A stretch of 64,000 nucleotides of DNA from a bacterium (GTDB lineage Bacteria > Ratteibacteria > UBA8468 > B48-G9 > JAFGKM01), in assembly GCA_023230585.1 (NCBI GenBank), contig JALNXB010000001.1:69847-133846 (forward strand), written 5' to 3'. Shown in pieces: positions 47,059-56,808 of the stretch; position 1 is the first letter of the stretch; each line of letters opens with the position of its first letter. The notes beneath the pieces are model-generated. The model was not told the DNA's origin. It searched no databases and was given only the letters and a program-made list of their open reading frames with translations. The translations under genes and the position numbers were made by a program.

Positions 47059-48227
47059 TATACCTCCAGTTCTATTATCTCATTCATAGTGCTTGAGAGA
47101 GGGATGGTTTCTGTTTTGCCTATAAGTACACCGTTTTCCCATCTTAAACCGTAATCTTCGCAATATAGGAAAGTATCTACCTGGAAAGTCATATTTTCTT
47201 CAAGCAGATATTCAGAACGAGATTCCATCCAGGGTTTTTCTACTTCAAGCATACCAAGTCCGTGACAAGGTCCATACAGGATGTTTTTGGTTACTCCCAA
47301 TTTTTCGCCGTACTCGTAGAATTTTCTTACAACTTCTTTAGCTTTTATTCCTGGTTTTATCCATTCTATAGTTTTTAAATGCATATCCAACCCTGCCTGT
47401 ACAAGTTTTTTTGCATCAGGAGTCATTGGTCCAATAGATACTGGTCTACCAACGCTTGATGAGTACCCTGCAACTCTGGCTCCAACATTAAGTTGTATAA
47501 GGTTGTTCGTACCAAGTTTTGCATATCCAGGTCTACCTATAGCGTGGTTTGAGTTCTTTCCAGCAAGAACGTACTGAGGATGCCCTTCATATTCTGCTCC
47601 TTCTGCGTAAAGTTCTTTCTGAATAAGCCCGACAACCTGCAATTCTGTCATTTCAGGTCTCATTTGAGGAAGAGTCCTTTCAAAAGCCACCTCAGAGATT
47701 CTGAAAGCTTCTTTAAGTATTTCTATCTCTACCTCACTCTTTATCATTCTTAAGTTGACCAGAATGTCGCCACTATTGGTTATTGTAGCGTTGGGTGCTG
47801 CTGCTTTGATGCTCTCGTATACGGGTAAGGGGAAAATCTGATACCCTGCTAAACCTATCTTCTGAGGGATACCTCCACATACTTCCTGAAAAACCTGTGG
47901 GAAGGTATCAACTTCTATATCTGGATATTCTGGTTCTGCACTTTCTCTATACTCTATCATCTTGTATATCTTTTTAATTTTGCTCTTATCTTCTGCATAA
48001 GTTCCGCTTTCAGGACCAATTAGAAGAACTGGTGCTCCTGTTTTAGGAATAACTACCCCAGCACACTCAAATAAAGGCCAATAGTTAGAAAGGTATCTGA
48101 CATGGGTAAAATCTGCTTCATTGGAATGTGCAATTAGTACATCCAGACCCGCTTTATTTACTCCTTCTTGTACAGCTTTCCACCGTTGTTCAAACTCTAT
48201 ATCAGGCACTTGAAACACTTTATTCAT
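47058..48227 (-). CDS. M24-family metallopeptidase of creatinase/Xaa-Pro aminopeptidase type
   Basis: Creatinase-like N-domain plus pita-bread C-domain with His/Glu/Asp ligand spacing; start/stop ATG overlap with creatininase gene. Confidence 0.6.
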   Translation of the reverse strand: MNKVFQVPDIEFEQRWKAVQEGVNKAGLDVLIAHSNEADFTHVRYLSNYWPLFECAGVVIPKTGAPVLLIGPESGTYAEDKSKIKKIYKMIEYRESAEPEYPDIEVDTFPQVFQEVCGGIPQKIGLAGYQIFPLPVYESIKAAAPNATITNSGDILVNLRMIKSEVEIEILKEAFRISEVAFERTLPQMRPEMTELQVVGLIQKELYAEGAEYEGHPQYVLAGKNSNHAIGRPGYAKLGTNNLIQLNVGARVAGYSSSVGRPVSIGPMTPDAKKLVQAGLDMHLKTIEWIKPGIKAKEVVRKFYEYGEKLGVTKNILYGPCHGLGMLEVEKPWMESRSEYLLEENMTFQVDTFLYCEDYGLRWENGVLIGKTETIPLSSTMNEIIELEV

Positions 48228-48299
48228 TACTACCTCCTTATTGTTGAGGAGAGGGTTTTAATATAAAACCTCTCCAAAATGAAAAGGTTAATCTTTCTT

Positions 48300-50261
48300 T
48301 CATTCAAAAATAGTTAAACTATACCCTTCTACTTCAGGTATCTTTATCCAAATATAGTCTTGGTCATCCTTAAAATCTATTGGCTTACGTGAAGGTGCTA
48401 AATATACTTGTTTTATATCTTTTCCGTCTTTACGCAAACCAAGTGTTAAGTTTTTTAAACATATAGGTTCTTCTATCATCTGAGTTGTTTCTCCACGTTT
48501 TTCTGGTAGATAAGACAATATATGTACTGCTTGGAATTTATCTTTTTTTGTTGCTGTAACTTGGGCGAATGAAGGGAGATTTTTTACTTTAATTAAAGGT
48601 TTAGGTAAGACCATCTTTATACAGTTGTCGAGCAGTTGTTTGTAAGCCACCACAGCGTGGTTGTTGTATGCAAAAAATATAGGAAAACTAAAATGGAATA
48701 TATTGCCACATCTAACAAGAGCTGGTCTTTTGGTATCTTTTTCTGGGGGAGTGTATCTATGCCAGTGTTTCATATCCCAAGAATCAACATTAAAATAAGG
48801 TTGGAACAATTTACAGAGAACCTCTGCACCTTTTTCTGCTTTTATAGCAACCCCTTTATCATATATTGTAATCAACATATCAGGTAGCCCGTGAGAAATT
48901 TTCTTTTCGGCCTTAAAGAAAGAAGGGTTATGTTCTTCTTCACCAAGGTAAGAGAGTTTATATTCTTCGAGAGCAAATTTTTCTCTGTTTTCATCTAACC
49001 CTCCTGAACCTGCGCTAATAATATAACCTCCTTGAGATAAATACTCCTTCAATTTTTTCTTTAAACTTTTATTGATTAGCACATCTTCAGGTATAAAAAT
49101 AATCTTATATTTTGAAGAGATTTTTGTCTCGTTATCAATAATATCAAACTGGTATTTTAATTCCATCAACATTCTTGTTGCTCCTGCAATTGATTTACGA
49201 GCATTAAAAGATAAGAATGCAGGGAATTGTTCTGCCTCAGGTAATAGGATTGCCATCTCAGAGGTAGGAGTAGCCCCGTATGTCCACGGTTCCAGTTCTT
49301 CTATTTTGGAATATACGTTACCTATAACCCGATATACTTCTGGGTCAAGTCTTCCTCTCGGGTGCATATGGTCGCCAATAGAACAGGTACCGCCGTTGGC
49401 TATAGCGTTATAACAGTCAAAAAGAAGAGACTCTTCTGGTCTTAACCCTCCAAAATCTCCCCAAGATTTATGGAACCTGCCTGTCATTTTAATAAAAGGT
49501 TTATTGAGGGTTCTGGCATACCTGCCTGCCCAAGGGAAATAGTCGTAACCCCAGGCAGGTGGCAGAACTTCTATCTCTGTGTGGGTGGGTTGACTGGAGT
49601 AAGGTAGCCCGTTAAAACAGAAGAATATGTCGCCCCTCTTTTTCTTTGCTAAAGATACAACTTCTTCTTGAAATTTCATAGTTTGCATAAAAGTATAGTC
49701 TGTTACTTGTGTTTCATCTGATATATCCATCCCCAGTTTTTCCATACTTTCAAGGCATTCTACACCATAACACGGAGCCTTTGAAAAACAGTCCAGAAAC
49801 AGTCCGTCTACGGGGTATTTAGTTAAAACCTCTTCTATCATTGAAAGAAGGTGTTGCCTGTATCCGGAATTAAGGCACATTCTCCTGAAAAAAGAACCGC
49901 CCAACTTTATATCATAAACTAAACCATCTTTGCTTACCTGGCACCATTCTCTATGCAATAAAGCGTGCTGATGGTCAAGCCCGGCGTTTATATAGGCAGC
50001 AACCTTAATACCTTCTTTATGGCAAGCTTTCACCATACCACCTAACATATCTTTTGTCTGCATACCTGGGTGAATAATACCAACTTTTGTGGGGTAATAA
50101 GTAAAACCAAGATTACAACGAGCAAAAACAGTTATATAATCAATATGTGCATTTTTGAGGGTTGTAGCAAATTCTTTTGGGTCAAATTCTGCTCCTACAT
50201 CATATATTTTAGGCATTGTGTGGAAATCAAGATGGATAGCTCTTTTAACAAAGTTTTTCAT
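48300..50261 (-). CDS. Putative TIM-barrel glycoside hydrolase (GHL6-like, 'LDFHT' family)
   Basis: N-terminal HLDFHTMP...ITVFARCNLGFTYYPTK resembles GHL6-type hypothetical glycosidases; weak. Confidence 0.4.
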   Translation of the reverse strand: MKNFVKRAIHLDFHTMPKIYDVGAEFDPKEFATTLKNAHIDYITVFARCNLGFTYYPTKVGIIHPGMQTKDMLGGMVKACHKEGIKVAAYINAGLDHQHALLHREWCQVSKDGLVYDIKLGGSFFRRMCLNSGYRQHLLSMIEEVLTKYPVDGLFLDCFSKAPCYGVECLESMEKLGMDISDETQVTDYTFMQTMKFQEEVVSLAKKKRGDIFFCFNGLPYSSQPTHTEIEVLPPAWGYDYFPWAGRYARTLNKPFIKMTGRFHKSWGDFGGLRPEESLLFDCYNAIANGGTCSIGDHMHPRGRLDPEVYRVIGNVYSKIEELEPWTYGATPTSEMAILLPEAEQFPAFLSFNARKSIAGATRMLMELKYQFDIIDNETKISSKYKIIFIPEDVLINKSLKKKLKEYLSQGGYIISAGSGGLDENREKFALEEYKLSYLGEEEHNPSFFKAEKKISHGLPDMLITIYDKGVAIKAEKGAEVLCKLFQPYFNVDSWDMKHWHRYTPPEKDTKRPALVRCGNIFHFSFPIFFAYNNHAVVAYKQLLDNCIKMVLPKPLIKVKNLPSFAQVTATKKDKFQAVHILSYLPEKRGETTQMIEEPICLKNLTLGLRKDGKDIKQVYLAPSRKPIDFKDDQDYIWIKIPEVEGYSLTIFE

Positions 50262-50417
50262 AATTCTCCCTATATTATAAGTGTAGAATTGTTTTATAAC
50301 ATTGTATTATATTGGTAGTTAAATTGCAAATAAAAAGGATAACGAGCCCTTACAAAAATAAGGTGTAACTAAAACAAGGTGTATATAACTACTTATTTAT
50401 TTTAGGGTACTTATTTG

Positions 50418-53400
50418 TTACTGTATAAGGACTGTAAGTTCAGGAGAATCAGAAGACCGATTGTCCCAATTATCAACAGCAACAACTCTGTAGTAGTAGG
50501 TATTGCCTGCCTCAAGCACAGAATCTAAAAATTCTTGTGTGGAGGTACTTCCAACAAGAGTTGCTGAAGTAGTTTTTAAATTAGGTGTTTTAGAACGGTA
50601 AACATTGTAGTACCTTACACCTTGCGGTACCTTTACTTCATTCCATACAAGTTTAACATAAGGTGGTCTTACTCTATACCCTCCTTGTTGTAATGGTTCT
50701 CCCTGCACAAGAGTTGTTACTGCTTTCAATCCTGACGGTGCCCCGTTGAGAAGTGAAGGTGAGTTGCTCTTGCTGGTTGGCGTAAATCTTAGGTCATTGG
50801 TGACCATTATGTTATCCAGGGCAATGCTTGAGTCTGACGTTTCAAAACTCACCTCATATTCACCTTTTGCAAGATTAATGTTACCAGTATCAATACCTAC
50901 CCACTTCCACCTAAATTCAGAAACATCTATTTTACCTACCTGTTTCCCGTTCACCTTAACTGTAAAACTTCCTTTGCCAATTTCCTCTTTTTCTGGCCAA
51001 CCTGTAGTAGAACTTTCACATTCAAACCTGCTCATACCTCGCACCCGTGCCATCAGTTTTGTAGCCCCTTTGTAAGGAATTTGTATTTTTAGAGATACGC
51101 TACCTTTTAACAACCTTTCGCTTAATCGTTCTTTATACAGTAGGCTTGGGTCTGTTATAGCAACTCCATAAGAATTGCTTGCTTCTTTAGGTTCAAAAAA
51201 AGGTACCATAGGTTTTACTATTTTACCGGTTTCTGCTTCATAAAAATGTCTGTAACGATTATTCTTTCCAAGTTGAACCTCATTAGAAAACATTCTGCTC
51301 TCCAAACCAGAGTATTCCACAGATGTCATCACATAAAACCCCTTCTTTGATAGATTGTAGTTGTTCTCAGTAATTATCTGGTTGTTAACTTTCTTGTAGT
51401 TTTTACCACTTTCATTTGAACGGTAAAGGTTATATCCTTCTATTTCTGCGTGAAAACGAGGTTGTTCCCATAAGAGTTTGCCTTTGACGATTTTAAGATT
51501 TGATGGTGGCATAGGGTATCTTACAACAGCTATATACGTGTCTCCTATTTCGTATTCTGGTCGTTCAGCGGTAAGCATAGAAGATGCGTACCCTACTTTT
51601 GTGTAATCAGGGCTTGGGTTTGGCATAGACCATATTGTTTTTGCTTGCAACCTGCTATCACCAGTAGGGGTTCCTGATTTGCGTAGATTGGCTGCTCTTT
51701 TTGCTCGTTCTTCGCGGTCATAGTAGTTTGACATTGCTACTGCCCAGAAAGTTTCGTGTTCAAGATCTATCATAACAATTGGGACTGTTGGAACATTTTT
51801 TGACCATATAAGAGCAAATTCTATATCTCTCCTAAATTCGTGAGGCCAAGATATGTGGTCAAGGCCAGGGTAGTTGCCAAGAAATTTTACTTCACCGTTA
51901 TAAGGGTTGTTTACAGTAATTGTGCCAAAAAAGTTGCTATGCATACCTAAAGCGTTCATATGTACCAGAGTGTTGTCTTCAAGCAGAAGAGGAGTATTAT
52001 CTCCTGAACGGGGAAGACCCCCTGCAAGGTTCCACCAGGTATCGCCTTTCCATATAGGTTTATCTCCTGTCAAGGGTATATGTGTAATATTAGGTGTGGG
52101 AATTACTTGTATAAGTCCTCGTTTATCAGTAAGAGAAAGAGGTAGAGCCCATACTTGATAAGGGTTATCGTCTGTAAGAAATTTGTTACGGTTAATCTCA
52201 AAAAGAAAGTATCTTATACCGTTTTTATCAACCGCATTTGCCCAGTTATTCCCTGATTTACCCCAAACGGAATTCATTGCTAAATAATCACGGTTTTTTT
52301 CTCCTGCCGGATAAACAATGTCTTGTTCAGGGTTTTTGGAGATACTTTTGACTTTGAAAGAACGGAAATTATTACCTTCAATATCAGATAAAGCAAACTC
52401 TTTTCTATCTTCTGATTGCCATACAAGAATTTCGTGCGTAATATATTTTAGACGAGGTCCTCTACCTCCGTCTTCTGAAGGTCGTTTGATAATTTGCCAA
52501 CCTTCTTTTTGGGGTAGATTTATAATATGGGTCTTGCCTGTCTCAAGGTTCAAAAATGTTTGAGTAGAAAAACTTCTTGATACATTTATCCATTCAGAAG
52601 GGTCGCTTCCTTCGGGAAGCCGTTTTTCTTCCCATGGAAATAGCCACGGAATCCTGTTTGCCCAACTTTTTGGTTTAGCAGACCTATGGCGGAAAGTGCC
52701 GTCGGTTCTTATGATATCGCCAGGGGTTCTTTTGCCTGCAAAAAAATATTTACCTTCATTACTGAAATCTTGAGAACCTGAGTATGAAAGATTGACTTCC
52801 CCACCTTGAGTCATAAGCCATAACTCTGTACCAATAAAAGAGTCTTTAAAAATAACCTTTCCAGGTCTATCTGGGTGGGATATTTTTTTTAGAGTATCAA
52901 GACCGTGGATTATGCTGGTTGATGTTTTTGAAGTCCAATCATCAGGTAACACAGTATTTCCGAGTCGTACTATTTCTATTTCTTTAACTTGAACTACAGC
53001 TCTATGTTTAGCAGGGTCTCCATAAGCCCGTGCAATACCTGTGTAATACTTTTTCTTCTCTGTTCCTTCTACATAAAAAGGAAGAATAATTTCTCGAAAT
53101 TCCTCAGATATCCCTATCGGCATAACAAATATATCACCAGTAGCAACAGGTTGTTTGTCTACAAAAAGTTTTGCGGAATGAGAATTTGTTTTTGCTACTG
53201 CTCGCAAAATGTAATGGCCGGGAGTTAGTTCTACCTGTTTTGTGATGCCTTGCCAACTACAAAGTAAAGCAAAAGATGCTATACCTGTCTGGTCGTTATA
53301 TGAAAAATCGGTATACACACCTCCTCTCGACCCTCCCCAACCGGTTTTGGATGTTATGTCAAACTTTATTCGAAATGCTTCATTCTTTCCGTTAGTTGAA

Positions 53401-53483
53401 CTGTCAGCAGAAAGGTTCTGACATAAAACACAGAAGATTGTAAATAAGGTTAGCATATAAATAAACTTGTGAAAAAGTCTCAT
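50418..53483 (-). CDS. Large secreted protein (signal peptide) with fibronectin type III-like domains
   Basis: N-terminal hydrophobic leader; Fn3-like repeats (…YNLYRS.., …YYNVYRS…TYYYRVVAVD). Confidence 0.45.
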   Translation of the reverse strand: MRLFHKFIYMLTLFTIFCVLCQNLSADSSTNGKNEAFRIKFDITSKTGWGGSRGGVYTDFSYNDQTGIASFALLCSWQGITKQVELTPGHYILRAVAKTNSHSAKLFVDKQPVATGDIFVMPIGISEEFREIILPFYVEGTEKKKYYTGIARAYGDPAKHRAVVQVKEIEIVRLGNTVLPDDWTSKTSTSIIHGLDTLKKISHPDRPGKVIFKDSFIGTELWLMTQGGEVNLSYSGSQDFSNEGKYFFAGKRTPGDIIRTDGTFRHRSAKPKSWANRIPWLFPWEEKRLPEGSDPSEWINVSRSFSTQTFLNLETGKTHIINLPQKEGWQIIKRPSEDGGRGPRLKYITHEILVWQSEDRKEFALSDIEGNNFRSFKVKSISKNPEQDIVYPAGEKNRDYLAMNSVWGKSGNNWANAVDKNGIRYFLFEINRNKFLTDDNPYQVWALPLSLTDKRGLIQVIPTPNITHIPLTGDKPIWKGDTWWNLAGGLPRSGDNTPLLLEDNTLVHMNALGMHSNFFGTITVNNPYNGEVKFLGNYPGLDHISWPHEFRRDIEFALIWSKNVPTVPIVMIDLEHETFWAVAMSNYYDREERAKRAANLRKSGTPTGDSRLQAKTIWSMPNPSPDYTKVGYASSMLTAERPEYEIGDTYIAVVRYPMPPSNLKIVKGKLLWEQPRFHAEIEGYNLYRSNESGKNYKKVNNQIITENNYNLSKKGFYVMTSVEYSGLESRMFSNEVQLGKNNRYRHFYEAETGKIVKPMVPFFEPKEASNSYGVAITDPSLLYKERLSERLLKGSVSLKIQIPYKGATKLMARVRGMSRFECESSTTGWPEKEEIGKGSFTVKVNGKQVGKIDVSEFRWKWVGIDTGNINLAKGEYEVSFETSDSSIALDNIMVTNDLRFTPTSKSNSPSLLNGAPSGLKAVTTLVQGEPLQQGGYRVRPPYVKLVWNEVKVPQGVRYYNVYRSKTPNLKTTSATLVGSTSTQEFLDSVLEAGNTYYYRVVAVDNWDNRSSDSPELTVLIQ

Positions 53484-53507
53484 ATTGTCCCCCTTTTTAG
53501 TAAAATA

Positions 53508-54602
53508 TTAAATAAACTCGCTAAGAACTCTGTTTGCCAGTAAAATTCCTTGAGAAGTTAATCTATACCTTGTGCCTGTCTCTTCTAAAAGATGGTTTTG
53601 AATAAGTTTATTCACCTGTTTTTCATATCCTATAAAATTTTTTTTATCAACCCCTTTTGACATACGAAGCCCTAAAAATATGGTCTCTTCTTTAATTGAA
53701 AGGGTAGAACCTTCTGTATATTCAACAATAGATTTTGAAGGGGTTGCAAGATAATCTTTAAGAGAAGTGGTGTTTGCCCATCTTTTACCGTTAAAATGGG
53801 AATGGGCAGCAACCCCTACACCTATATAGTTGCCGTTTTCCCAATAGTTTACATTATGTTTACATTCCATTCCTATGGTTGCGAAATTAGAAATTTCGTA
53901 TCTGTAAAACTTCTGTTTTAAGAGGAATTCAACTGCATAAATATACATATCAGCATCTTGGTCTTCTGAAGGTAGATTGAGGTTCCCTTTTTCTTTTTCT
54001 TCCCAGAATGGTGTTCCTTCTTCTATCTGTAAATTATAAATGGAATAATGCTGTAATTCCATAGATATGGCTTTCTGTAAATCTTGTTTCCATAACTCTA
54101 TTGTTTGTCCTGGTAGAGCAAACATAAGGTCTATACTGATATTTTTAAAGTCGGCTTGCCTACATTCTTTATAAGTTTTCAAGGTATCTTCACTTGAATG
54201 AATTCTTCCAAGTTTAGTTAAAATATTATTATTAAAAGTTTGAACTCCCAATGATATACGGTTTATACCCAACTGTTTGAAGTCTTTCAATTTTGTGATA
54301 TCTGCAGTTGCAGGGTTCACCTCTATACTTATTTCTATATTAGGTGAAAGTAGGGGGGATATTTTGTTTATAGATGAAAAAATTTTTTCAATATGTAAAG
54401 GAGAAAGTAGGCTTGGAGTGCCTCCACCGATGTATATGGTAGAAATACCTTTTGAAAGAATATCTTCTCTTATTTTTAGTTCTGTGCAGAGAGCCTCTGA
54501 GTATTGGTTAAAAACTTGGTTTTCATACCCCGTGTATGATACAAAATCGCAGTAGGCACACTTTTTTACACAAAAAGGTATGTGTATATAAAGGCCTGTC
54601 AT
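53508..54602 (-). CDS. hemW: Radical SAM heme chaperone HemW (oxygen-independent coproporphyrinogen-III oxidase-like)
   Basis: CVKKCAYCDF CxxxCxxC motif; downstream of lepA. Confidence 0.8.
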   Translation of the reverse strand: MTGLYIHIPFCVKKCAYCDFVSYTGYENQVFNQYSEALCTELKIREDILSKGISTIYIGGGTPSLLSPLHIEKIFSSINKISPLLSPNIEISIEVNPATADITKLKDFKQLGINRISLGVQTFNNNILTKLGRIHSSEDTLKTYKECRQADFKNISIDLMFALPGQTIELWKQDLQKAISMELQHYSIYNLQIEEGTPFWEEKEKGNLNLPSEDQDADMYIYAVEFLLKQKFYRYEISNFATIGMECKHNVNYWENGNYIGVGVAAHSHFNGKRWANTTSLKDYLATPSKSIVEYTEGSTLSIKEETIFLGLRMSKGVDKKNFIGYEKQVNKLIQNHLLEETGTRYRLTSQGILLANRVLSEFI

Positions 54603-54612
54603 AGTTTTTTTA

Positions 54613-56394
54613 TTATCTATTTATTTTAAGAACGGCAAGAAACACCTCTTGAGGAATATCTACGCTACCAATTCTTTTCATTCTGCTTTTACCTTCTTTT
54701 TGTCTTTCGAGCAGTTTTCTTTTTCTTGAAATGTCTCCACCATAACATTTTTGTAGAACATCTTTACGGACAGGCGGTATGGTTTCTCTTGCTACAACTT
54801 TACTTCCTATAACTGCTTGAATAGGGATTTCAAACTGGTGGCGCGGGATTAAAGTGCGTAGTTTGGCAGCAAGGGCTCGCCCTACATACTGGGCTTGCTC
54901 TCTTGATACAATAGAACTTAAAGCATCCACTTGCTCATAATTTAAAAGTATATCCATCCTAACAGCGTTAGATACTCTGTAACCTATAATTTCGTAATCC
55001 ATCGAAGCATAGCCTCTTGTGCAAGCTTTTAGCATATCGTGAAAATCAACAATAATTCGAGATAGAGCCATTTCAACAACAAGCATTACCCTTGTAGGGT
55101 CAAGATATTCTGTAGAAATAAAATCACCATTCTTCTCATTTACAAGTTGCATTATTGCTCCAGTATATTCGGATGGAGAAAGAATAGTTAAACGGCAGTA
55201 AGGTTCTTCAATGGTCTCTATTTCTGTTGTAGGAGGTAGCGATGATGGGTTATCAACCATTTTAATGCTCTTATTTTTTAATGTAACTCTGTATACCACA
55301 CTTGGAGCTGTGGCAATAATGTTTAGATTAAACTCTGTTTCCATCCGTTCTTGAACAATTTCAAGGTGTAAAAGTCCAAGAAAACCGCAACGGAAACCAA
55401 AACCAAGAGCAGAAGATGTTTCCTGTTCGTAGTGGAAAGAAGCGTCATTTAATTGTAATTTACCCATAGCGTCTTTAAGCATATCAAAGTCTTGCCCATC
55501 TATAGGGTAGAACCCACAAAACACCATAGGTTTCATACGTTTATATCCAGGCAAAGCTTCTTTTGCAGGGTGCACATCATCAGTAATAGTATCTCCCACC
55601 CTACAATCTCTAACATCTTTAATCCCTGCAATGACATACCCTACCTCTCCAGAAGATATTGTTTGGGAGGGGATAGGTCCTAACCTTAGATACCCTGCTT
55701 CTTGAACCTCAAATTTTCTACCTGTGCTCATCATCCTTATAAACATACCTTTCTTTATTTCCCCATTAAAAACTCTTACTCGAGCAATAACGCCTCTAAA
55801 AGAATCATAATGAGAATCAAAGATGAGGGCTTGCAAACAAGAATCTTTTTCTATGGTAGGAGATGGAACCCGATCTATGATAGCACTAAGAATCTCCTCC
55901 ACTCCTTCGCCTGTTTTAGCTGATACAAGCAGAACCTCTTCAGACGGTATCCCAAAAACCTTTTTGAACTCTTCTTTTATTCTATCTGGGTCGGCAGCTG
56001 GTAGGTCTATCTTGTTTATGACAGGAATAATAACAAGGTTGTTTTCTACTGCTAAATAAGCGTTAGCAAGCGTTTGAGCTTCGATACCTTGGGTTGCGTC
56101 CACAAGCAAAATTGCACCTTCACAGGCAGCAAGAGAACGAGAAACTTCGTAAGCAAAGTCAACATGACCAGGAGTATCTATAAGGTTTAGTATATAACCT
56201 TTATACTCCATCCTAACGGCTTGTGCCTTGATAGTGATACCTCTCTCTCTTTCAATATCCATTGTATCCAGAACCTGTTCTTTCATCTTCCTCTGCTCAA
56301 CGGTTCCGGTGTAGGTTAGAAGCCTATCTGCAAGTGTTGATTTGCCGTGGTCTATATGGGCTATAATAGAAAAATTTTTAATTTGTTTACTCAT
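54613..56394 (-). CDS. lepA: Elongation factor 4 (LepA)
   Basis: G1 [10 protein letters not shown]3 DTPGH, NKID G4 motifs; 593 aa. Confidence 0.9.
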   Translation of the reverse strand: MSKQIKNFSIIAHIDHGKSTLADRLLTYTGTVEQRKMKEQVLDTMDIERERGITIKAQAVRMEYKGYILNLIDTPGHVDFAYEVSRSLAACEGAILLVDATQGIEAQTLANAYLAVENNLVIIPVINKIDLPAADPDRIKEEFKKVFGIPSEEVLLVSAKTGEGVEEILSAIIDRVPSPTIEKDSCLQALIFDSHYDSFRGVIARVRVFNGEIKKGMFIRMMSTGRKFEVQEAGYLRLGPIPSQTISSGEVGYVIAGIKDVRDCRVGDTITDDVHPAKEALPGYKRMKPMVFCGFYPIDGQDFDMLKDAMGKLQLNDASFHYEQETSSALGFGFRCGFLGLLHLEIVQERMETEFNLNIIATAPSVVYRVTLKNKSIKMVDNPSSLPPTTEIETIEEPYCRLTILSPSEYTGAIMQLVNEKNGDFISTEYLDPTRVMLVVEMALSRIIVDFHDMLKACTRGYASMDYEIIGYRVSNAVRMDILLNYEQVDALSSIVSREQAQYVGRALAAKLRTLIPRHQFEIPIQAVIGSKVVARETIPPVRKDVLQKCYGGDISRKRKLLERQKEGKSRMKRIGSVDIPQEVFLAVLKINR

Positions 56395-56462
56395 AACTTA
56401 CTATTATACCATAAAAAGTAAGTATTCGGTAAATATAGTTATATTTTTACTTAGAATTAGTG

Positions 56463-56725
56463 TAAAAAAGTATGTGATGTCTATTCTCTCTCTTTGCCCT
56501 CTACCCATAGGGGAGAGGGACCAAGGGTGAGGGGGGCTTTTACGTTTTGTCTTTATTGTTCCGTCTCCCGTTTTTTGTTAGGGTGCCCCTTTTTGTCATT
56601 CCGGACTTGAGCCGGAATCTCGTTTTTACTACCGCTGTATAGAGGATGACAAAATGGGGCGTAAAGCAAAAGAACAGGTGAAGCAATTCCCTCGGAGGTA
56701 CTCGGGATAAACCTCCAATAAGAAC
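56463..56725. repeat. Dispersed modular intergenic repeat copy (composite)
   Basis: 'aaaaaagtatgtgatgtcta' (cf. 10030), 'ccctctacccataggggagagggaccaagggtgagggg', 'gtcattccggacttgagccggaatctcgtttt', 'gatgacaaaatgggg', rc 'ccctcggaggtactcgggataaacc'. Confidence 0.65.
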
Positions 56726-56808
56726 AATAAATAATACACATAAATTTGAAATAAAAGGGGAATGATTGTATCATAATTGAAATATTTATAAAAAAAGAGG
56801 AGAGCAAA

